A stretch of 64,000 nt of DNA from Bacillota bacterium (GCA_023421675.1 JAEZTC010000001.1:31388-95387), one strand, 5' to 3'; shown: positions 10,194 through 21,101, counted from the first letter of the stretch. Numbers and translations: made by a program. The notes: generated by a model not told the origin, from the sequence alone.

Positions 10194-11483
10194 ATGAACG
10201 TGAAAGTTGAGAATGTTGAAAAGAATGTTGTACAACTCGAGATAGAAGTTGATGCAGCAAAATTCGAAGAAGGCATGAAGCAATCTTTTATAAAAAACGC
10301 AAAGAAATTCAACGTGCCTGGCTTCAGAAGAGGCAAAGCTCCAAGAAGTGTAGTTGAAAGATATTACGGTGAGCAGGCTTTATATGAAGATGCTATAAAC
10401 ATCGTTTGTGCAGATGCATATGATGAAGCAGTTGAAGAAAACGATTTGCATCCTGTTGAAAGACCTGAGCTGGACATAAAACAGATTGGAAGCGGCCAAA
10501 ACCTTATATTTACTGCAAAGGTTACTGTAAAGCCTGAAGTTACTCTTGGAGAGTATAAAGGCCTTGAAATAAAGAAGACAGTAGCCAATGTTACGGATGA
10601 AGAAGTAGATAATGAAATAAAGAAGGCAGCTGAAAAGAATGCCAGACTTGTATCTGTTGAGGACAGGCCTGTACAGAAAGATGACATTACAACCATTGAT
10701 TTCGAAGGCTTTGTTGACGGAGTAGCATTTGAAGGCGGAAAAGGAACCGATTACAGCCTTACAATAGGTTCAGGACAATTTATTCCCGGCTTTGAAGATC
10801 AGTTGATTGGCGCTAAAATAGGTGAAGAAACAGAAGTAAAGGTAACATTCCCGGAAGAATACCACAGTGAGGAGCTTTCCGGAAAACCTGCTACCTTTAA
10901 AGTAACTGTTAAGGAAATAAAGGTTAAGGATATTCCCGCAATTGATGATGAATTTGCTAAAGATGTTAGTGAATTTGATACTTTGGAAGCATATAAGGAA
11001 GATCTCAAAAATAAAATGGTTCATGAAGCTGAACATCAGGCTGAACACAAAAATGAAGACAGCGTAATTGGAAAAGCTGTTGAAAATGCTTCTGTTGATA
11101 TCCCTGAAGTAATGGTTTCAAAGAGAGTAGACGATCTTGTAAGAGATTTTGAAATGAGGATTCAGTACCAAGGACTTGACCTTAATAAATATCTTGAAAT
11201 TATGGGCATGGATTATAATACTTTCAGAGGTCAGTTCGGCAAGAGAGCTGAAGATGAAGTTAAAACACAGCTGATTCTTGAAAAGATATCACAGGTTGAA
11301 GACATCCAGGTAACTGATGAAGATGTTGACAAAGAGATAAAAACCATGGCTGAAAATTATAAGCAGGATGCAGAAGAATTTAAGAAACATTTGAGTGAAG
11401 ACGATATAGAATATATTAAGGAAAGCAACAAGATGAAAAAGACAATTGATTTCCTTGTTGAAAATACTAAGTTTGTTGAATAA
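10194..11483 (+). CDS. tig: trigger factor
   Basis: 429 aa. FKBP-type PPIase core (FEGFVDGVAFEGGKG). Canonical tig-clpP-clpX order. RBS is AGGAGGAAA. Confidence 0.95.
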   Translation: MNVKVENVEKNVVQLEIEVDAAKFEEGMKQSFIKNAKKFNVPGFRRGKAPRSVVERYYGEQALYEDAINIVCADAYDEAVEENDLHPVERPELDIKQIGSGQNLIFTAKVTVKPEVTLGEYKGLEIKKTVANVTDEEVDNEIKKAAEKNARLVSVEDRPVQKDDITTIDFEGFVDGVAFEGGKGTDYSLTIGSGQFIPGFEDQLIGAKIGEETEVKVTFPEEYHSEELSGKPATFKVTVKEIKVKDIPAIDDEFAKDVSEFDTLEAYKEDLKNKMVHEAEHQAEHKNEDSVIGKAVENASVDIPEVMVSKRVDDLVRDFEMRIQYQGLDLNKYLEIMGMDYNTFRGQFGKRAEDEVKTQLILEKISQVEDIQVTDEDVDKEIKTMAENYKQDAEEFKKHLSEDDIEYIKESNKMKKTIDFLVENTKFVE

Positions 11484-11674
11484 TACATTTTAAACTTAAG
11501 TACAATAAGCAGGTTAAGCTACATATTTAATTTTTAAAAAATTGTTTATTGTTATTGGGTTTAAACAGAAATACAAGTTTTAATTTGCGAGATTATCAAA
11601 ATTACTTTGTTTAATTACCACTATAATTGGGCAAGAATAATTGAGATGCTACTCGAAAAGGGAGGTACGAATAA

Positions 11675-12265
11675 ATGAGCAGCTTGGTTCCGGTAGTCGT
11701 TGAACAAACCAACCGTGGAGAACGGTCGTATGATATCTATTCAAGATTGTTAAAGGATAGAATAATTCTTCTCAGTGATGAGGTAAATGATGTAACAGCC
11801 AGCCTGGTAGTAGCGCAGATGCTTTTCCTTGAGGCTGAGGATCCTGATAAGGATATCCTGTTATATATCAACAGCCCTGGAGGTTCTATAACATCAGGTT
11901 TTGCAATTTTTGATACCATGCAGTATGTTAAATGTGATGTATCAACTATATGTATAGGTATGGCTGCAAGTATGGGTTCATTCCTTCTTGCTGCAGGTGC
12001 AAAGGGAAAACGTTTTGCACTGCCTAACAGTGAAATAATGATTCACCAGCCATGGACCGGCGGAATTGGCGGACAGGTAACAGATGTTAAAATCCGTGCA
12101 GAATGGCTGATAAAGACTAAACAGAAATTGAACAGGATTTACAGCGAAAAAACAGGTCAGCCTCTTGAAAAGATAGAAAAGGATATGGAAAGAGATTTCT
12201 TCATGTCAGCTGAAGAAGCAAAGGCTTACGGCCTTGTTGATGAGATTATGACAAGAAGAAGTTAA
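11675..12265 (+). CDS. clpP: ATP-dependent Clp protease proteolytic subunit
   Basis: [25 protein letters not shown] (catalytic Ser), IMIHQP (His). Confidence 0.97.
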   Translation: MSSLVPVVVEQTNRGERSYDIYSRLLKDRIILLSDEVNDVTASLVVAQMLFLEAEDPDKDILLYINSPGGSITSGFAIFDTMQYVKCDVSTICIGMAASMGSFLLAAGAKGKRFALPNSEIMIHQPWTGGIGGQVTDVKIRAEWLIKTKQKLNRIYSEKTGQPLEKIEKDMERDFFMSAEEAKAYGLVDEIMTRRS

Positions 12266-12277
12266 TGAGGTGTAGGA

Positions 12278-13570
12278 ATGTCCAGATATGATGAAAAGAA
12301 GCAATTAAAGTGTTCTTTTTGCGGCAAGACACAGGAACAGGTCAAAAGATTGGTTGCAGGACCTGGGGTATATATCTGTGACGAGTGTATTGAGCTATGT
12401 TCCGAAATAATTGAGGAAGAGTTTGAGGAAGCAAAAGCAGATACCGAGCTTAATGATATTCCCAAACCAAAGGAAATTAAGGAAATACTGGATCAATACG
12501 TAATAGGTCAGGAAGCTGCAAAAAAGACTCTTGCAGTTGCTGTCTATAACCATTATAAAAGAATCAATTCTGATGTAAAGGTTAACGATATTGAACTCCA
12601 GAAAAGTAATATAGTTATGCTTGGACCTACCGGTTCAGGTAAGACATTGCTGGCACAGACGCTGGCCAAAATCCTTAACGTGCCTTTTGCTATTGCTGAT
12701 GCAACATCTCTTACTGAAGCTGGGTATGTTGGAGAAGATGTTGAAAACATACTTTTAAAGCTTATTCAGGCTGCAGATTATGACATAGAGAAGGCCGAAA
12801 AAGGTATTATATACATTGATGAAGTTGATAAGATTGCCCGTAAGTCTGAGAATCCTTCGATTACCAGGGATGTAAGCGGAGAAGGCGTACAGCAGGCACT
12901 CCTTAAAATTCTTGAAGGAACAGTAGCTTCTGTACCTCCTCAGGGAGGGAGAAAGCATCCTCACCAGGAATTTATACAGATAGATACTACAAACATATTA
13001 TTTATCTGCGGCGGTGCTTTTGACGGTATAGATAAGATAATACAAAACAGAATCGGAAAGAAGGCAATGGGCTTCGGGGCTAAGATAGAAAGCCCGAAAG
13101 AAAGGGATGTTGGGGACATACTGAAAAGTATATTGCCGCAAGACCTTTTAAAGTTTGGACTTATTCCCGAATTTGTAGGAAGACTTCCGATTATTGTAAC
13201 GCTGCATTCACTTGACAGGCAAGCTTTGATACAGATACTTACTGAACCTAAAAATGCACTTGTCAAGCAGTACCAGAAGCTTTTCGAGCTTGACGATGTT
13301 CTGCTTGAGTTCAATGAAGAGGCACTTAATGCAATAGCTGAGAAGGCTATTGAGAGAAATACCGGTGCCAGAGGCTTAAGGGCTATTCTTGAAGAGACTA
13401 TGATGGATGTAATGTTTGATATTCCATCACAGGCAAATGTTGAAAAATGCCTTATAAGTAAGGAAGCAGTCACAAATGGTAATGTACCTGAGCTTGTTTA
13501 CAATGAAAACAAGAAATCAATAAAAAAACCTGTAAAGAAGACAAGAGTTAAACGGGAATCCGTTTCTTAA
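12278..13570 (+). CDS. clpX: ATP-dependent Clp protease ATP-binding subunit ClpX
   Basis: C4 zinc finger CSFCGK...CDEC, Walker A GPTGSGKT, and [11 protein letters not shown]. Confidence 0.97.
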   Translation: MSRYDEKKQLKCSFCGKTQEQVKRLVAGPGVYICDECIELCSEIIEEEFEEAKADTELNDIPKPKEIKEILDQYVIGQEAAKKTLAVAVYNHYKRINSDVKVNDIELQKSNIVMLGPTGSGKTLLAQTLAKILNVPFAIADATSLTEAGYVGEDVENILLKLIQAADYDIEKAEKGIIYIDEVDKIARKSENPSITRDVSGEGVQQALLKILEGTVASVPPQGGRKHPHQEFIQIDTTNILFICGGAFDGIDKIIQNRIGKKAMGFGAKIESPKERDVGDILKSILPQDLLKFGLIPEFVGRLPIIVTLHSLDRQALIQILTEPKNALVKQYQKLFELDDVLLEFNEEALNAIAEKAIERNTGARGLRAILEETMMDVMFDIPSQANVEKCLISKEAVTNGNVPELVYNENKKSIKKPVKKTRVKRESVS

Positions 13571-13592
13571 AGAAAATAAATCAAAGCCTGTA

Positions 13593-13625
13593 AAGGAAGC
13601 ATAATTATGCTTCCTTTTTGTTTTA
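13593..13625 (+). terminator. rho-independent terminator after clpX
   Basis: AAGGAAGCAT-aatt-ATGCTTCCTT stem followed by TTTTGTTTT. Confidence 0.8.
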
Positions 13626-13756
13626 TATATTGAAATTCCAATTGCCACATTTTACAATATGTTCCTTTCTTGCATATCGGATAAAAAATCATTCACAGCT
13701 AATAATATTACAATAGAGTGTTAATATTGGCTAACTTATGTATAGGAGGAAAAGAA

Positions 13757-15433
13757 ATGCTCACCAATGTTTTTTTCATAATTCAGTTTTTCTTTTCAGT
13801 TATAATTGGAATTTACTTTCTGAATCTTTTAAAAACCCATCAGGGAAATAAAAGTGCCATTGAAAAGGAATCTAAAAAGGAATTGGAAAAGCTCAGACGA
13901 ATGAGGGATATTAAGCTTACAGAACCCTTATCCGAAAAGACTCGTCCAAGTACACTTAACGATATAATAGGTCAGGAACAGGGAATTAAGGCCTTACGGG
14001 CAGCATTATGCGGTCCTAACCCACAGCATGTAATTATTTATGGGCCTCCTGGTATAGGCAAAACTGCAGCAGCCAGAGTAATACTTGAGGAAGCAAAAAA
14101 AATTCCTCTTTCTCCTTTCAGGAAAGAGGCAAAATTTGTTGAAGTAGACGCAACCACCTTGAGATATGATGAAAGAGGAATTGCTGACCCTTTAATTGGT
14201 TCAGTGCATGATCCAATTTATCAGGGTGCAGGCGCATATGGCGTAGCAGGAGTTCCGCAGCCCAAGCCCGGAGCAGTGACAAAGGCTCATGGCGGAATAT
14301 TGTTTATAGATGAAATAGGTGAATTGCATTCCGTTCAAATAAACAAGCTGCTTAAGGTTCTGGAGGATAGGCGTGTATTCCTTGAAAGTGCCTATTACAG
14401 TTCTGAAGACAGCAATATTCCTTCACACATACATGAAATATTTCAGAAGGGGCTGCCTGCGGATTTCAGGCTTGTCGGAGCTACTACCCGTACTGCTGAT
14501 GAAATACCTCCAGCCATAAGATCAAGATGTGTTGAAATATATTTTCGTCCTCTTTTTACGCATGAGATAGCAATAATAGCCAGAAATGCCTCAATTAAAG
14601 GCGGCTTTAAAATTGAAGATGGCGTTGAAGAACTTATTTCAAGATATGCTCAGAATGGCAGAGATGCTGTAAATATTATTCAGATTGCCGGAGGCGTTGC
14701 CCAGGTTGAAGGAAGAGGTTTAATAACCCGTAAGGATATTGAATGGGTTATAGAATTCGGGCATTACAGTCCGCGGCATGATAAAAAGATTAAGGAAGAA
14801 GAGCAGATTGGGTGCATTAACGGACTTGCAGTTTACGGCAATTGTACGGGTATGGTAATGGAAATAGAGGTATCTGCAGTTAAGTCTGCAAGTGGAAAGG
14901 GAAGTATAAAGATAACAGGTATTGTTGAAGAGGAAGAACTCGACGGAAGAGGACAGAAGCTTAAAAGGGTAAGTTCTGCAAAATCATCAGTAGATAATGT
15001 TTTAACGGTACTTAACAGGATTTTGTGTGTAGATACAAAGGAATTTGATATTCACCTTAATTTCCCCGGCGGAATACCCATTGACGGGCCTTCGGCAGGT
15101 ACGGCAATAGCTTGTGCCATATACTCGGCAATAAAAAACATCCCTATAAGTAGTTGTATAGCTATGACAGGAGAAATTTCAATACGTGGTATGGTCAAAC
15201 CTGTAGGCGGGGTGGTTTCCAAAGTTGAAGCAGCTGCTCTTGCAGGAATTAGAAAGGTTCTCATTCCAAGGGAAAACTGGCAGGAGCTTTTCAACGATAT
15301 GGATATAAGTGTGGTTCCCGTAGACGATATCAATGATATAATTAAAATAGTATTCGGCATTGAAAAGGAATACCAGAAGGAAATTTATATAACGAACCCT
15401 TCAATTGGTGTAATTACTGCTTCGGGGGTATAA
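13757..15433 (+). CDS. lonB: sporulation-type Lon protease LonB
   Basis: Position after clpX matches Bacillus tig-clpX-lonB. N-terminal TM helix, Walker A GPPGIGKT, C-terminal Lon protease domain (PIDGPSAGTAIACAI). ATG 13757 follows a TAGGAGGAAAAG RBS, inside the longer tracked ORF that begins at 13718. Confidence 0.85.
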   Translation: MLTNVFFIIQFFFSVIIGIYFLNLLKTHQGNKSAIEKESKKELEKLRRMRDIKLTEPLSEKTRPSTLNDIIGQEQGIKALRAALCGPNPQHVIIYGPPGIGKTAAARVILEEAKKIPLSPFRKEAKFVEVDATTLRYDERGIADPLIGSVHDPIYQGAGAYGVAGVPQPKPGAVTKAHGGILFIDEIGELHSVQINKLLKVLEDRRVFLESAYYSSEDSNIPSHIHEIFQKGLPADFRLVGATTRTADEIPPAIRSRCVEIYFRPLFTHEIAIIARNASIKGGFKIEDGVEELISRYAQNGRDAVNIIQIAGGVAQVEGRGLITRKDIEWVIEFGHYSPRHDKKIKEEEQIGCINGLAVYGNCTGMVMEIEVSAVKSASGKGSIKITGIVEEEELDGRGQKLKRVSSAKSSVDNVLTVLNRILCVDTKEFDIHLNFPGGIPIDGPSAGTAIACAIYSAIKNIPISSCIAMTGEISIRGMVKPVGGVVSKVEAAALAGIRKVLIPRENWQELFNDMDISVVPVDDINDIIKIVFGIEKEYQKEIYITNPSIGVITASGV

Positions 15434-15484
15434 GGCTTTACTCCCGTGCATAAAAATAACTGAAATTTATTTTCGGGGGTCTGC

Positions 15485-16135
15485 ATGAAGAAGCTTGTGG
15501 CGGGGATTATAACTTTAACTGTTGCGGTTAGCGGTTATCTTCTTAATATAGGCAATGTAAGAGAAAAAAATGATATTAAACCTCCTTGGCAAATTGTTAG
15601 TGCACAGGAGGTTCCTTCCGGCATTTTAGATATTACAAAGGAAGGAATTGCACCCTTTAGCTTTATAAATACAACAATAACCAGGGTTACTGATGGAGAC
15701 ACGGTTGAGATGAGTTATAAAGGGAAGGACTATAAGGTCCGTTTACTGGATGTTGATACACCCGAAAGCGTTAAAACAAATCTTGCAGTACAGGAATATG
15801 GTAAAGAGGCATCGGAACTGACTAAAAAAATGCTTCTTAATCAGCCTGTGAAGCTTGTTTTTGAAAAAGGTATTCATGACAGGTACGGAAGGCTTCTTGC
15901 CTATATAATTCTCAAGGATAATTCATTATACAATGCAACTCTTGTACAAAACGGCTATGCAAGAGTTGAAATTGTTTCACCCAACTCTAAGTTTTCAAAA
16001 TATTTTAATAGCCTTCAGGACGAAGCTATTAAAAACAAGGCCGGTTTCTGGGGACTGTCTGAAGATAAACAGCCTTTTGTAAAAAACGCAAAAGGACAGT
16101 ATACACCAAGATACCAAATAAAAAAAGGTGCGTAG
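15485..16135 (+). CDS. thermonuclease (staphylococcal nuclease-like), N-terminal anchor/signal
   Basis: SNase motifs TRVTDGDTV...VRLLDVDTPE...RYGRLLAYI. Confidence 0.8.
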   Translation: MKKLVAGIITLTVAVSGYLLNIGNVREKNDIKPPWQIVSAQEVPSGILDITKEGIAPFSFINTTITRVTDGDTVEMSYKGKDYKVRLLDVDTPESVKTNLAVQEYGKEASELTKKMLLNQPVKLVFEKGIHDRYGRLLAYIILKDNSLYNATLVQNGYARVEIVSPNSKFSKYFNSLQDEAIKNKAGFWGLSEDKQPFVKNAKGQYTPRYQIKKGA

Positions 16136-16233
16136 TTGGAAATAGGAACTTAACATATTTACAATAAGTTTTAAATAGAGTATATTTGTTATGTTAATTA
16201 TCAAGGCATTCTATACGCATTTGGAGGTCAACA

Positions 16234-17037
16234 ATGAGCATATTTGAAGCATTGGTTTATGGAATAGTACAAGGACTCGGAGAGTTTTTGCCTATCTCTA
16301 GCACCGCACATTTAACAATTGTTCCGAAGGTTTTTGGGTGGAATGACCCTGGTCTTGCCTTTGACGTTGCATTACATATCGGAACACTTTTTGCAGTTAT
16401 AATGTTCTTCTGGAAAGATTGGATTAAATTAATAAAAGATGGTTTTACTAACGTAAGGTCAGCAAGTGGTAAGCTTTTCTGGTTTCTTGCAATAGCCTGC
16501 ATACCTGGAGGTATTGCTGGTGTATTATTTGAAGATAAGGTTGCAACCTCATTCAGGTCCATTTGGGCTATAGGTGTAGCACTTATTGTAATGGGTATAG
16601 TCTTATATGCTGCAGATAAACTGGGTAAATCAGTTACAAGTCTTGAGAAAATCAGTTTCGGTAAAAGTATAATAATAGGTATTTCACAAGCTGTTGCAAT
16701 AGTGCCTGGTGTATCCAGATCAGGTATTACCATAGCAGCAGGAAGAGTTCTTGGACTTACCAGAGATGCAGCTGCAAGATTTACTTTCCTTTTATCAACA
16801 CCATTTATTTTTGGAAGTGCCGTTTATAAGCTTAAGGATATCGGTGAAGTTGCAAAGTCAGATATAGGAGCGCTGCCTTTTGCAGTTGCTATAATTACTT
16901 CAGCCATTGTTGGAGCGCTAAGCATTAAATTCCTTTTGGGATATATTAAGAAAAAAGGCTTTGGCATATTTGTTGGATATAGATTTATCCTTGGAGCATT
17001 CCTTATAGCATCGTTTGCTTTTGGCTGGATAAAGTAG
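16234..17037 (+). CDS. uppP: undecaprenyl-diphosphatase
   Basis: BacA/UppP signature (GIVQGLGEFLPISSTAHL, SRSGITIAAG). Polytopic membrane protein. RBS is GGAGG. Confidence 0.92.
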   Translation: MSIFEALVYGIVQGLGEFLPISSTAHLTIVPKVFGWNDPGLAFDVALHIGTLFAVIMFFWKDWIKLIKDGFTNVRSASGKLFWFLAIACIPGGIAGVLFEDKVATSFRSIWAIGVALIVMGIVLYAADKLGKSVTSLEKISFGKSIIIGISQAVAIVPGVSRSGITIAAGRVLGLTRDAAARFTFLLSTPFIFGSAVYKLKDIGEVAKSDIGALPFAVAIITSAIVGALSIKFLLGYIKKKGFGIFVGYRFILGAFLIASFAFGWIK

Positions 17038-17134
17038 GACCAAGGTACTATAAATTTCCAGCCTAAGATACTATATAAAATAAGTAACCGTTATGTTAAT
17101 ATAATAATGAACATTAGCATTTCTCCTTTTGGAG

Positions 17135-17165
17135 ACATGGAGTTTTCACTCCATGTTTTTTATTG
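17135..17165 (+). terminator. rho-independent terminator after uppP
   Basis: ACATGGAGT-tttc-ACTCCATGT stem followed by TTTTTTATT. Confidence 0.8.
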
Positions 17166-17293
17166 TCTTTTTTTAGCTACTCTTATCCATTTTCCAATAG
17201 AAATTATATTAAATTAGGTTATAATATAAAGGGAGTTGACAGTTGACGAGAGGACAGTTGAAAGTTAACAGTTAACAAATAGTTATTCTTAAT

Positions 17294-18346
17294 TTGAGAG
17301 TTTTGGAGTTGAAAACATTGCAAACAAAAAAGGATATAGTTGTTCTTGGGATAGAGACAAGCTGTGATGAAACATCAGCAGCTGTTGTAGTTAATGGAAG
17401 AGAAATGCTGTCTAATGTGATATCTTCACAAATAGACCTTCACAAAAAATATGGCGGAGTGGTTCCTGAAATAGCATCCAGGAAGCATGTTGAACTGGTT
17501 ATGCCTGTTATAAATCAGGCATTGAAGGAAGCGGGCAAAAATCTATGTGATATTGATGTAATAGGAGTTACATACGGTCCGGGGCTTGTAGGAGCTTTAC
17601 TTGTAGGACTGACAGCTGCAAAAGGTCTGGCCTTTACACAGAACAAGCCTTTAGTGGGAATACACCATATAGAAGGACATATAGCTGCAAATTATATTGC
17701 GCATAAGGAGCTTGAACCCCCCTTTATATGTCTTGTAGTTTCAGGAGGACACAGCCATATTGTTTATATAGATGATTATGACAGTTTTGAAATAATGGGG
17801 CAAACCAGGGATGATGCGGCCGGAGAAGCTTTTGACAAGGTTGCGAGGGCAATTGGCCTTGGTTATCCCGGCGGACCATTAATTGATAAGGCTGCAAAAA
17901 AAGGTGATAACAAGGCTATTAATTTCCCAAGAGTTCACTTTGACGACAAAAGTCTTGATTTCAGTTTCAGCGGTCTTAAAACAGCAGTCCTTAATTACCT
18001 TCATAATATGGAACAAAAAGGCGAGAGCTACAGTCTGGAAGATGTTTCTGCAAGCTTTCAGCAGGCAGTTGTAGACATATTAGTTGAAAATACCATTAAA
18101 GCGGCTTCTCTGAAGAATACAGATAAAATAGTTATTGCAGGCGGAGTAGCAGCAAACTCGGCGCTAAGGGATTGTATGACAAATGCAGCGTCAAAACGAA
18201 AAATAGGGGTATATTATCCCGATATTATTCTGTGTACAGATAATGCGGCTATGGTTGCAAGCGCTGCTTATTATGAATTCATTAAAGGAAAAATGTCGGA
18301 CATGCATTTAAATGCTGTTCCTGGTTTGAAAATTGGTGAAAGATAG
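17294..18346 (+). CDS. tsaD: tRNA N6-adenosine threonylcarbamoyltransferase TsaD (Gcp/Kae1)
   Basis: [30 protein letters not shown] and the HxEGH-type metal site (HHIEGHI). Start codon is uncertain (TTG 17294/17312/17321). Confidence 0.9.
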   Translation: MRVLELKTLQTKKDIVVLGIETSCDETSAAVVVNGREMLSNVISSQIDLHKKYGGVVPEIASRKHVELVMPVINQALKEAGKNLCDIDVIGVTYGPGLVGALLVGLTAAKGLAFTQNKPLVGIHHIEGHIAANYIAHKELEPPFICLVVSGGHSHIVYIDDYDSFEIMGQTRDDAAGEAFDKVARAIGLGYPGGPLIDKAAKKGDNKAINFPRVHFDDKSLDFSFSGLKTAVLNYLHNMEQKGESYSLEDVSASFQQAVVDILVENTIKAASLKNTDKIVIAGGVAANSALRDCMTNAASKRKIGVYYPDIILCTDNAAMVASAAYYEFIKGKMSDMHLNAVPGLKIGER

Positions 18347-18347
18347 C

Positions 18348-18380
18348 TGTGGATAACTAATAATTATCCACATTTTTTTA
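18348..18380 (+). terminator. terminator hairpin built from two inverted consensus DnaA boxes
   Basis: TGTGGATAA (18348-18356) and TTATCCACA (18364-18372) form a 9-bp stem followed by TTTTTTT. Both arms match the DnaA-box consensus TTATNCACA exactly. Confidence 0.7.
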
Positions 18381-18563
18381 TTGTTTAAAAAACATTTACA
18401 TATATGACCATTTTTAGATATTTAAGAGAAATGGTACAAGATGGGAAAAGATGTCGAATGTAATATTATGTTAACGAAAAAGTCAGATGCCAGAATCGCT
18501 TGGGACTGTAGTCCTATAAAATTATTAATTCTGTACTTGTCATATTATGTTGAAGAAATGCAT

Positions 18564-18645
18564 GTGAATAATGTGGAAATTTTGCGGAAACGTAGTATTT
18601 TGTAATATTTGAAACTGTGGATAACAGTGTGGATATTGTGGATTA
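18564..18645. promoter_or_regulatory. DnaA-box cluster in the convergent intergenic region downstream of tsaD
   Basis: Perfect boxes (reverse orientation) at 18564-18572 (TGTGAATAA) and 18616-18624 (TGTGGATAA). One-mismatch boxes at 18628-18636 and 18637-18645. Two-mismatch box at 18573-18581. Confidence 0.6.
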
Positions 18646-18720
18646 ACCTAAAAAAATGCTAGTCCTAAAAGAAATTTCTCCATAATTAACAATGTTAACA
18701 AATAAATTCATCATTTATTA

Positions 18721-19359
18721 TCAAGTTCCTGAGAAAGACCTGTAATATTGCATAACTTTCTTTACATAATCCTGTGTTTCTGCATAAGGAGGAATACCGT
18801 TATATTTTTTGACACTACCCGGACCTGCGTTATAAGCAGCGAGTGCAAGTGAAATGTTACCATTGAATGTATTTAGCTGATCTCTTAAATACTGCGTACC
18901 GCCGTTAATATTCTGACCTATGTCCCAGGCATTTGTAACACCCAGTGCGTCAGCTGTTCCCGGCATTAGCTGCATCAGACCCTGTGCACCTGTGTGCGAC
19001 AGAGAATAAGGATTAAAGCCGGATTCTTGTTGTATTACCGCTTTGATAAGGTTGGAATCTACCCCGTATTTCTGGGACGCTGCAAGTACGTTGGTGTTAA
19101 TTAGGTTCATAAGAGCTGACTTGTTTGAGGGTATGTTTGAGGTGTTTTGTGCGAGTGCAGCTTTTGCGCGCAAGACATCGCTTGTCCTGTCCAGACCTTG
19201 TTTATCTATTGCATTGCTGCTCATAGCATTGTCAAGATATGTATCAAAACTTGAAGTTTCAGGAGTTGTTTCCTGACTTTTTATATTAAATTTGATTGGA
19301 ACTCTTGATTCTATCTCTCTAAGCTTTTGCAGAAATAAGCTGTTAATGTCTATACCCAT
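18721..19359 (-). CDS. lytic transglycosylase (SLT domain) protein
   Basis: SLT motif [37 protein letters not shown] 5 nt upstream on the minus strand. Confidence 0.85.
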   Translation of the reverse strand: MGIDINSLFLQKLREIESRVPIKFNIKSQETTPETSSFDTYLDNAMSSNAIDKQGLDRTSDVLRAKAALAQNTSNIPSNKSALMNLINTNVLAASQKYGVDSNLIKAVIQQESGFNPYSLSHTGAQGLMQLMPGTADALGVTNAWDIGQNINGGTQYLRDQLNTFNGNISLALAAYNAGPGSVKKYNGIPPYAETQDYVKKVMQYYRSFSGT

Positions 19360-19489
19360 TTTTTCACCCCGAAATATACCTATGCAGAAATTATAACAAA
19401 TTCTGACTTTGGTGTAAAATCAAAAACAAGCCCTATTAAATTATTCGGATTAAAGGGTTTGTTAGTTAATGAGCAGATTTTGTTAATCT

Positions 19490-19801
19490 TCAGGAAACTT
19501 CCTGTTGCGAGCGGCGAGAAAACTTAGAGCATGCATTCTTCTGCGTACCGTCAAAGGTTCTGACTGAAAACAGTCTGCATAATCCTATAGTAGGATTGGA
19601 TTGAGATGTAGTTATAAAATTTTCACATTGGATACATTTATTCCTTACTTCGGGTTCAAAAAGACTGGAGCTTGGAGCAAAGTGGTGCTTGCGGCACACG
19701 TAATCAGGCGATACTGCACCTTTGTCCCTGCAAAGAAGGTCGCTGTTGACACGTATTGAGGATGAGTGTATGCAATTGCTGCAGCTTTTCTTTTGTTTCA
19801 T
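19490..19801 (-). CDS. Cys-rich small hypothetical protein (12 Cys)
   Basis: 103 aa. GGGGGA RBS 4 nt upstream. Multiple CxxC pairs (CSNC, CIQC). No recognisable family. Confidence 0.45.
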   Translation of the reverse strand: MKQKKSCSNCIHSSSIRVNSDLLCRDKGAVSPDYVCRKHHFAPSSSLFEPEVRNKCIQCENFITTSQSNPTIGLCRLFSVRTFDGTQKNACSKFSRRSQQEVS

Positions 19802-20007
19802 TATGTTCCCCCAAAACTTTTTCTTAAAATGTACAGACGCTATGTCTATTTTAGCATTAAAGACTGCTTAATGGTATATTATGGGAAATATGACGGCTTA
19901 TTTTATGCTTATAATGTGCATAATATATTGATAACAGGGTTAAAGCGGTTACATTATATATCTGATATTGTATAATAAATATAAGAATTAATTTGAAGAG
20001 GTATTAC

Positions 20008-20847
20008 ATGAGCAGAACCATTGATTTACATACACACTCGACAGCATCGGACGGGAGCTTCAGCCCGGGGGAACTTGTAAGGCATGCATGGGAAAATGGA
20101 CTTAGTGCGGTTGCACTTACTGACCATGACACCGTATCGGGTATTGAAGAAGCACTGGAAATGGGCAAAGCCCTTGGAATAGAAGTAATCCCTGGTATTG
20201 AAATAGGACTGGAGTTTAAGCCTGAAATGCATATGCTGGGATATTTCTTTAATAACTCCTATAAAAAAATAGGCAAGGTTCTGGACCGGCTTCTTAATAG
20301 CAGGGAGGAGAGGAACCCCAGAATTATTGCAAAGCTTAATGAGTTGGGCTTTAACATTACAATGGGTGATGTAAGGCACAATGCCGGCGGCAGTATAATA
20401 GGAAGGCCTCACATAGCAAAAGCCCTGGTTGATAAAGGCTATGTCAAGGATAATAATGAGGCATTTGAAAAATACCTGGCAAGTGGTAAACCTGCTTATT
20501 TTCCAAAGGACAAACTGACCCCTGCTGAAGGTATAGGTGAAATACTTGAGGCTGGCGGAATACCTGTTTTAGCCCATCCGATATATCTTGGAATGGATTA
20601 TTCCCGCCTTGACGGATTGCTTGCTGATATGAAGAAAGCAGGTCTAAAGGGAATAGAAGCATATTATACTGAGAATAGGTATGAGGATACAGGAAATCTA
20701 TTAAGATTTGCAATAAAGCATGAACTTATTCCTACAGGAGGAAGCGATTTTCATGGAAGCTTTAAGCCTGATATTGAGATAGGCAAAGGAAGAGGAAATT
20801 TACATGTCCCATATGAGGTGCTTGAAAGTTTGAAAAAAGTTAAATAA
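20008..20847 (+). CDS. PHP-domain phosphoesterase (TrpH/YcdX-like)
   Basis: IDLHTHSTASDGS...ALTDHDT PHP signature. ATG 20008 follows a GAAGAGG RBS; the tracked ORF starts 15 nt earlier at TTG. Confidence 0.85.
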   Translation: MSRTIDLHTHSTASDGSFSPGELVRHAWENGLSAVALTDHDTVSGIEEALEMGKALGIEVIPGIEIGLEFKPEMHMLGYFFNNSYKKIGKVLDRLLNSREERNPRIIAKLNELGFNITMGDVRHNAGGSIIGRPHIAKALVDKGYVKDNNEAFEKYLASGKPAYFPKDKLTPAEGIGEILEAGGIPVLAHPIYLGMDYSRLDGLLADMKKAGLKGIEAYYTENRYEDTGNLLRFAIKHELIPTGGSDFHGSFKPDIEIGKGRGNLHVPYEVLESLKKVK

Positions 20848-20852
20848 GAAGC

Positions 20853-21101
20853 TTAAAACTCAGGGAAAGATAAAACCAGACCTGAGTTGTTTTTTGAAGC
20901 GGCTTTTATAGTGGACATTATGCTCACCATATTATTATTGGATACTTTGATACGCTGGGAATGCAGCATACATCTGTGGGCAATCTTATTGCCGTTCTTA
21001 AGATATATATAAGTAAGCTTTCCGTCCATTGCCAACTGATGCCTTATGTGCTCGTTACAGCTTTTTGAACAATTACCGCAAAGCCCGTTGCATATATCCA
21101 T
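20853..21101 (-). CDS. Cys-rich small hypothetical protein
   Basis: 82 aa. Strong RBS TAGGAGGCAGAC-ATG. N-terminal CNGLCGNCSKSCNEH. Confidence 0.5.
   Translation of the reverse strand: MDICNGLCGNCSKSCNEHIRHQLAMDGKLTYIYLKNGNKIAHRCMLHSQRIKVSNNNMVSIMSTIKAASKNNSGLVLSFPEF

Noticed and set aside
17220-17290. Short direct repeats AGTTGAC AGTTGAC ... AGTTAAC AGTTAAC upstream of tsaD as a regulatory array
   Set aside because: They are too short and degenerate to interpret. This may be a promoter region or simple low-complexity sequence.
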